Position numbers and translations under genes: made by a program. A stretch of DNA of 64,000 nucleotides from a virus. This document shows positions 62,901-64,000 of the stretch, one piece after another (within the stretch, counting starts at the first letter, position 1; each line of letters begins with the position of its first letter). The stretch is taken from IMG/VR virus record IMGVR_UViG_3300023502_000002, one strand, 5' to 3'. Below the pieces are notes generated by a model. That model saw only the letters and a list, made by a program, of their open reading frames with translations, ran no database searches and had not been told where the DNA came from.

Positions 62901-64000
62901 TTTCTTTATCGTGTACGCATTAAACGTATTGTCAAGGTCTGAATCGGAGAAGGTTGTGCCGACAGTAAGGTTTGCGAAGCTGTAAACGGTATTTACAACA
63001 CCGCTGCCACCACCGCTACCACCTGTTTTCACGCCAAGAGCAGATACCCAACCGTCCGAGTAGAATCCTACCGTGTTTCCGTCTGTTCTATGCTTCACTC
63101 TCAGAGCCTTGTTTGCCGAATCGTAAACAAGTTGGGCATCTCCTATCTGTATATATTCGTTTGCTGTAAGTCGTGCTGCGGAAACGCCACCTGTAAATCC
63201 TGCTGAAACGCCATTGAGGTGTCCTTGTTTGTTTATTTGTATTACTCCTACATCTGACGTATCTCCATTAGGACGGAAATAAATCATACCCTCATTTCCA
63301 TAGCTTGATATGACGGTATTGCCTGTCGTGTTACGGAAAACAGTATTTCCGCCATAAGACAGACCGATACCACTATTCATCAGAATATTCTTGGTAAATG
63401 TCTTTTGTCCCGAAATAGTCTGAGCAGTAGTCAAGGTAACGGCATCAGTAATCCCGTACCCTGCCAAAGTGGTAGGATTATCACCAACTGTAACACGCCC
63501 GTAGGTGTCTACTGTAACTTTCGTATATGTACCAGCATTCACCCCCGTGGTAGCCAGTGACAATGTGCGGTTTGCGGACAGGTTTCCACCTCCCGTAAGA
63601 CCAGTTCCTGCACTTATCGTTATGGTCTTGTCCGCTTTCAATGCGAGAAGTTCGGCTAGATTGTCGCTTTCTGTAAGACCGTCAAGGAATGCTTCAAGTT
63701 CCTTCCATTTGTTGATAATGTTATCGGCATCGCTTCCTTCTAAAAAGTTGTTCAACTTGTTGCTTAACTGTGTTACGGTATTGTTAAGCGTGCCCAAATC
63801 CTGTTGTCTAGCGAATGTTTCTCCGAATACGGCAGTGATGGTTTTCCCGTCAGAACTAAGTGCCATGTTTGTTACGGCATTTCCACTTCCCGACTGGGTG
63901 ATATTCTTTATACCACCACCTTCCTTCGCCATTTTCCAAATCTCGTTTATCGTGTACGCATTAAACGTATTGTCAAGGTCTGAATCGGAGAAGGTTGTGC
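59940..64000 (-). CDS. large tail fibre with C-terminal S74 intramolecular-chaperone domain (probably 5'-truncated by the window edge)
   Basis: C-terminus SSSDIRLKTDI...YGLIAQDL...IDYERLIPVVWKGLQE + coiled coil = Peptidase_S74-like. Repeated NLNADLLDG.H modules. The frame stays open upstream of ATG 63932 to position 64000. Confidence 0.7.
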   Translation of the reverse strand, partial: TTFSDSDLDNTFNAYTINEIWKMAKEGGGIKNITQSGSGNAVTNMALSSDGKTITAVFGETFARQQDLGTLNNTVTQLSNKLNNFLEGSDADNIINKWKELEAFLDGLTESDNLAELLALKADKTITISAGTGLTGGGNLSANRTLSLATTGVNAGTYTKVTVDTYGRVTVGDNPTTLAGYGITDAVTLTTAQTISGQKTFTKNILMNSGIGLSYGGNTVFRNTTGNTVISSYGNEGMIYFRPNGDTSDVGVIQINKQGHLNGVSAGFTGGVSAARLTANEYIQIGDAQLVYDSANKALRVKHRTDGNTVGFYSDGWVSALGVKTGGSGGGSGVVNTVYSFANLTVGTTFSDSDLDNTFNAYTIKKLYDMAGQGGLDADAMWAELKKADSSKIIDASHIPTSVLDGRWVTLSTNQTITGQKTFTQNILFSNNITGIRNTAGNLVFGAGNENIFCILNDYVGPVEAKNNQLVLGNDVGYWKKVTAGQYISKVATGVSPLIVSSNTLVENLNADLLDGYHQSSFLRADGVNQYVTLSGGDGNNEGYRLVFEGTVTGGWSVNSMTLLVNSRHAGTGMISIVFHTTNQESTSYVGSLNYYGSILALGYTMWRLFYNTTTKKVRLFWRFYDYSDCKVSILNSRGLTTNISNKTWYTTIPSDSGSELPSYYNRSDTTGSLATSRTLWGQPFNGTANVSGDMTGVGSINMSGQLTSTVASGVAPFIVVSNTVVGNLNADLLDGLHEYSFLRHRDTYGIDGYNTLWAQIGIRQYNNAKPDGMANPIYDYGAVISLPGKNTRLDIWYNHRSSASDSPTNGIQYRSGFNDDKRPWRMLLDSVNYASYSDGRYVKKAGDTMTGDLNISGGHVLYMLQTSPTSTQQIHLQGGSNDYGRIAFGATAESAGWMEIASSDDGNEPIYARQYTGIFTTIKRTATLLDASGNTSFPGSVTSVRHISTVGTGTQPYQCSSTTLNTNLNADMLDNWHIMDIPRNYNSTATYSLQFALGGTDNGWKKIFACSESGAGPYRSVTVWGRIWYAYGSHAQNEVRSYHFCAIFQMRSAPSSSDSNVGNVSNSARLYLPTFAKEMDNIRLVRVGTNNFELQVRQIGSYHNGHIQYQYWANGANVSAWRELQSTSNTSVAVSAGGASTLADSRASSADVLTTSRTLWGRPFNGSANIDGNIDNAAVITSKGGIWLDLKGSSGVAFYAGGSLCAVMNTTGVGIGTSSPSQKLHVAGNIIATGAITAKASSSDIRLKTDIQGYDAMGIIRKFRSVKYHWNAVAKENSEVFNHDNWNYGLIAQDLLSGGYSQWVKDAFNDYYTIDYERLIPVVWKGLQEVDDEVTRLKKRVRELEKRLGIN

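Noticed and set aside
45600-64000. Stop-codon reassignment in late genes
   Set aside because: The late genes include uninterrupted ORFs of 1330, 681 and 572 codons under the standard code, so there is no need to invoke recoding.
1-64000. tRNA genes, and a second DGR target
   Set aside because: I scanned the intergenic regions by eye and found no cloverleaf-like segments with T-loop GTTCRA motifs. I did not notice the invariant TR strings (ccgcagagaaca, cgaaggggc) at the 3' ends of other fibre genes. Neither search was exhaustive without tools.

Overview
AT-rich 64-kb segment of a large tailed dsDNA phage. The host is probably Bacteroidota: many starts are preceded by TAnnTTTG -7 boxes, and DUF3127- and DUF4494-type genes are present. 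No rRNA, tRNA or CRISPR array was seen. Layout: (1) 0.5-14.05 kb, minus strand: a tail-fibre-like two-gene cassette followed by replication genes (SSB-like DUF3127, dUTPase, Toprim protein, SPPY methyltransferase, P4/D5-type primase-helicase). (2) 14.05-15.64 kb: non-coding divergent control region with TTCGTA/TACGAA iteron-like repeats, palindromes and a G-depleted tract. (3) 15.6-45.6 kb, plus strand: about 90 mostly small early/middle genes. Recognisable ones are a solo TnpB element, Bro-N and KilA-type proteins, YqaJ exonuclease, an SF2 helicase, a VRR-NUC-like nuclease, a beta-clamp-like protein, a tyrosine integrase and a Dam-like methyltransferase. (4) 45.6-64 kb, minus strand: late block with odd low-complexity proteins, tail fibres (one with an S74 chaperone domain) and a second copy of the tail-fibre cassette. 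This block is interrupted by a plus-strand island of two C5-cytosine methyltransferases. The strongest signal is a complete diversity-generating retroelement at 50.4-54.1 kb: RT, a 114-nt TR and a VR at the C-terminus of a 681-aa tail-fibre-like protein, with adenine-specific TR/VR mismatches and no recognisable Avd. Other notable items are a covarying hairpin element present twice, a 19-bp out-of-frame tandem repeat in a tail-cassette gene, and SSB-like DLPF tails on two replication proteins. All calls come from reading the sequence and ORF track by eye; no searches were run.
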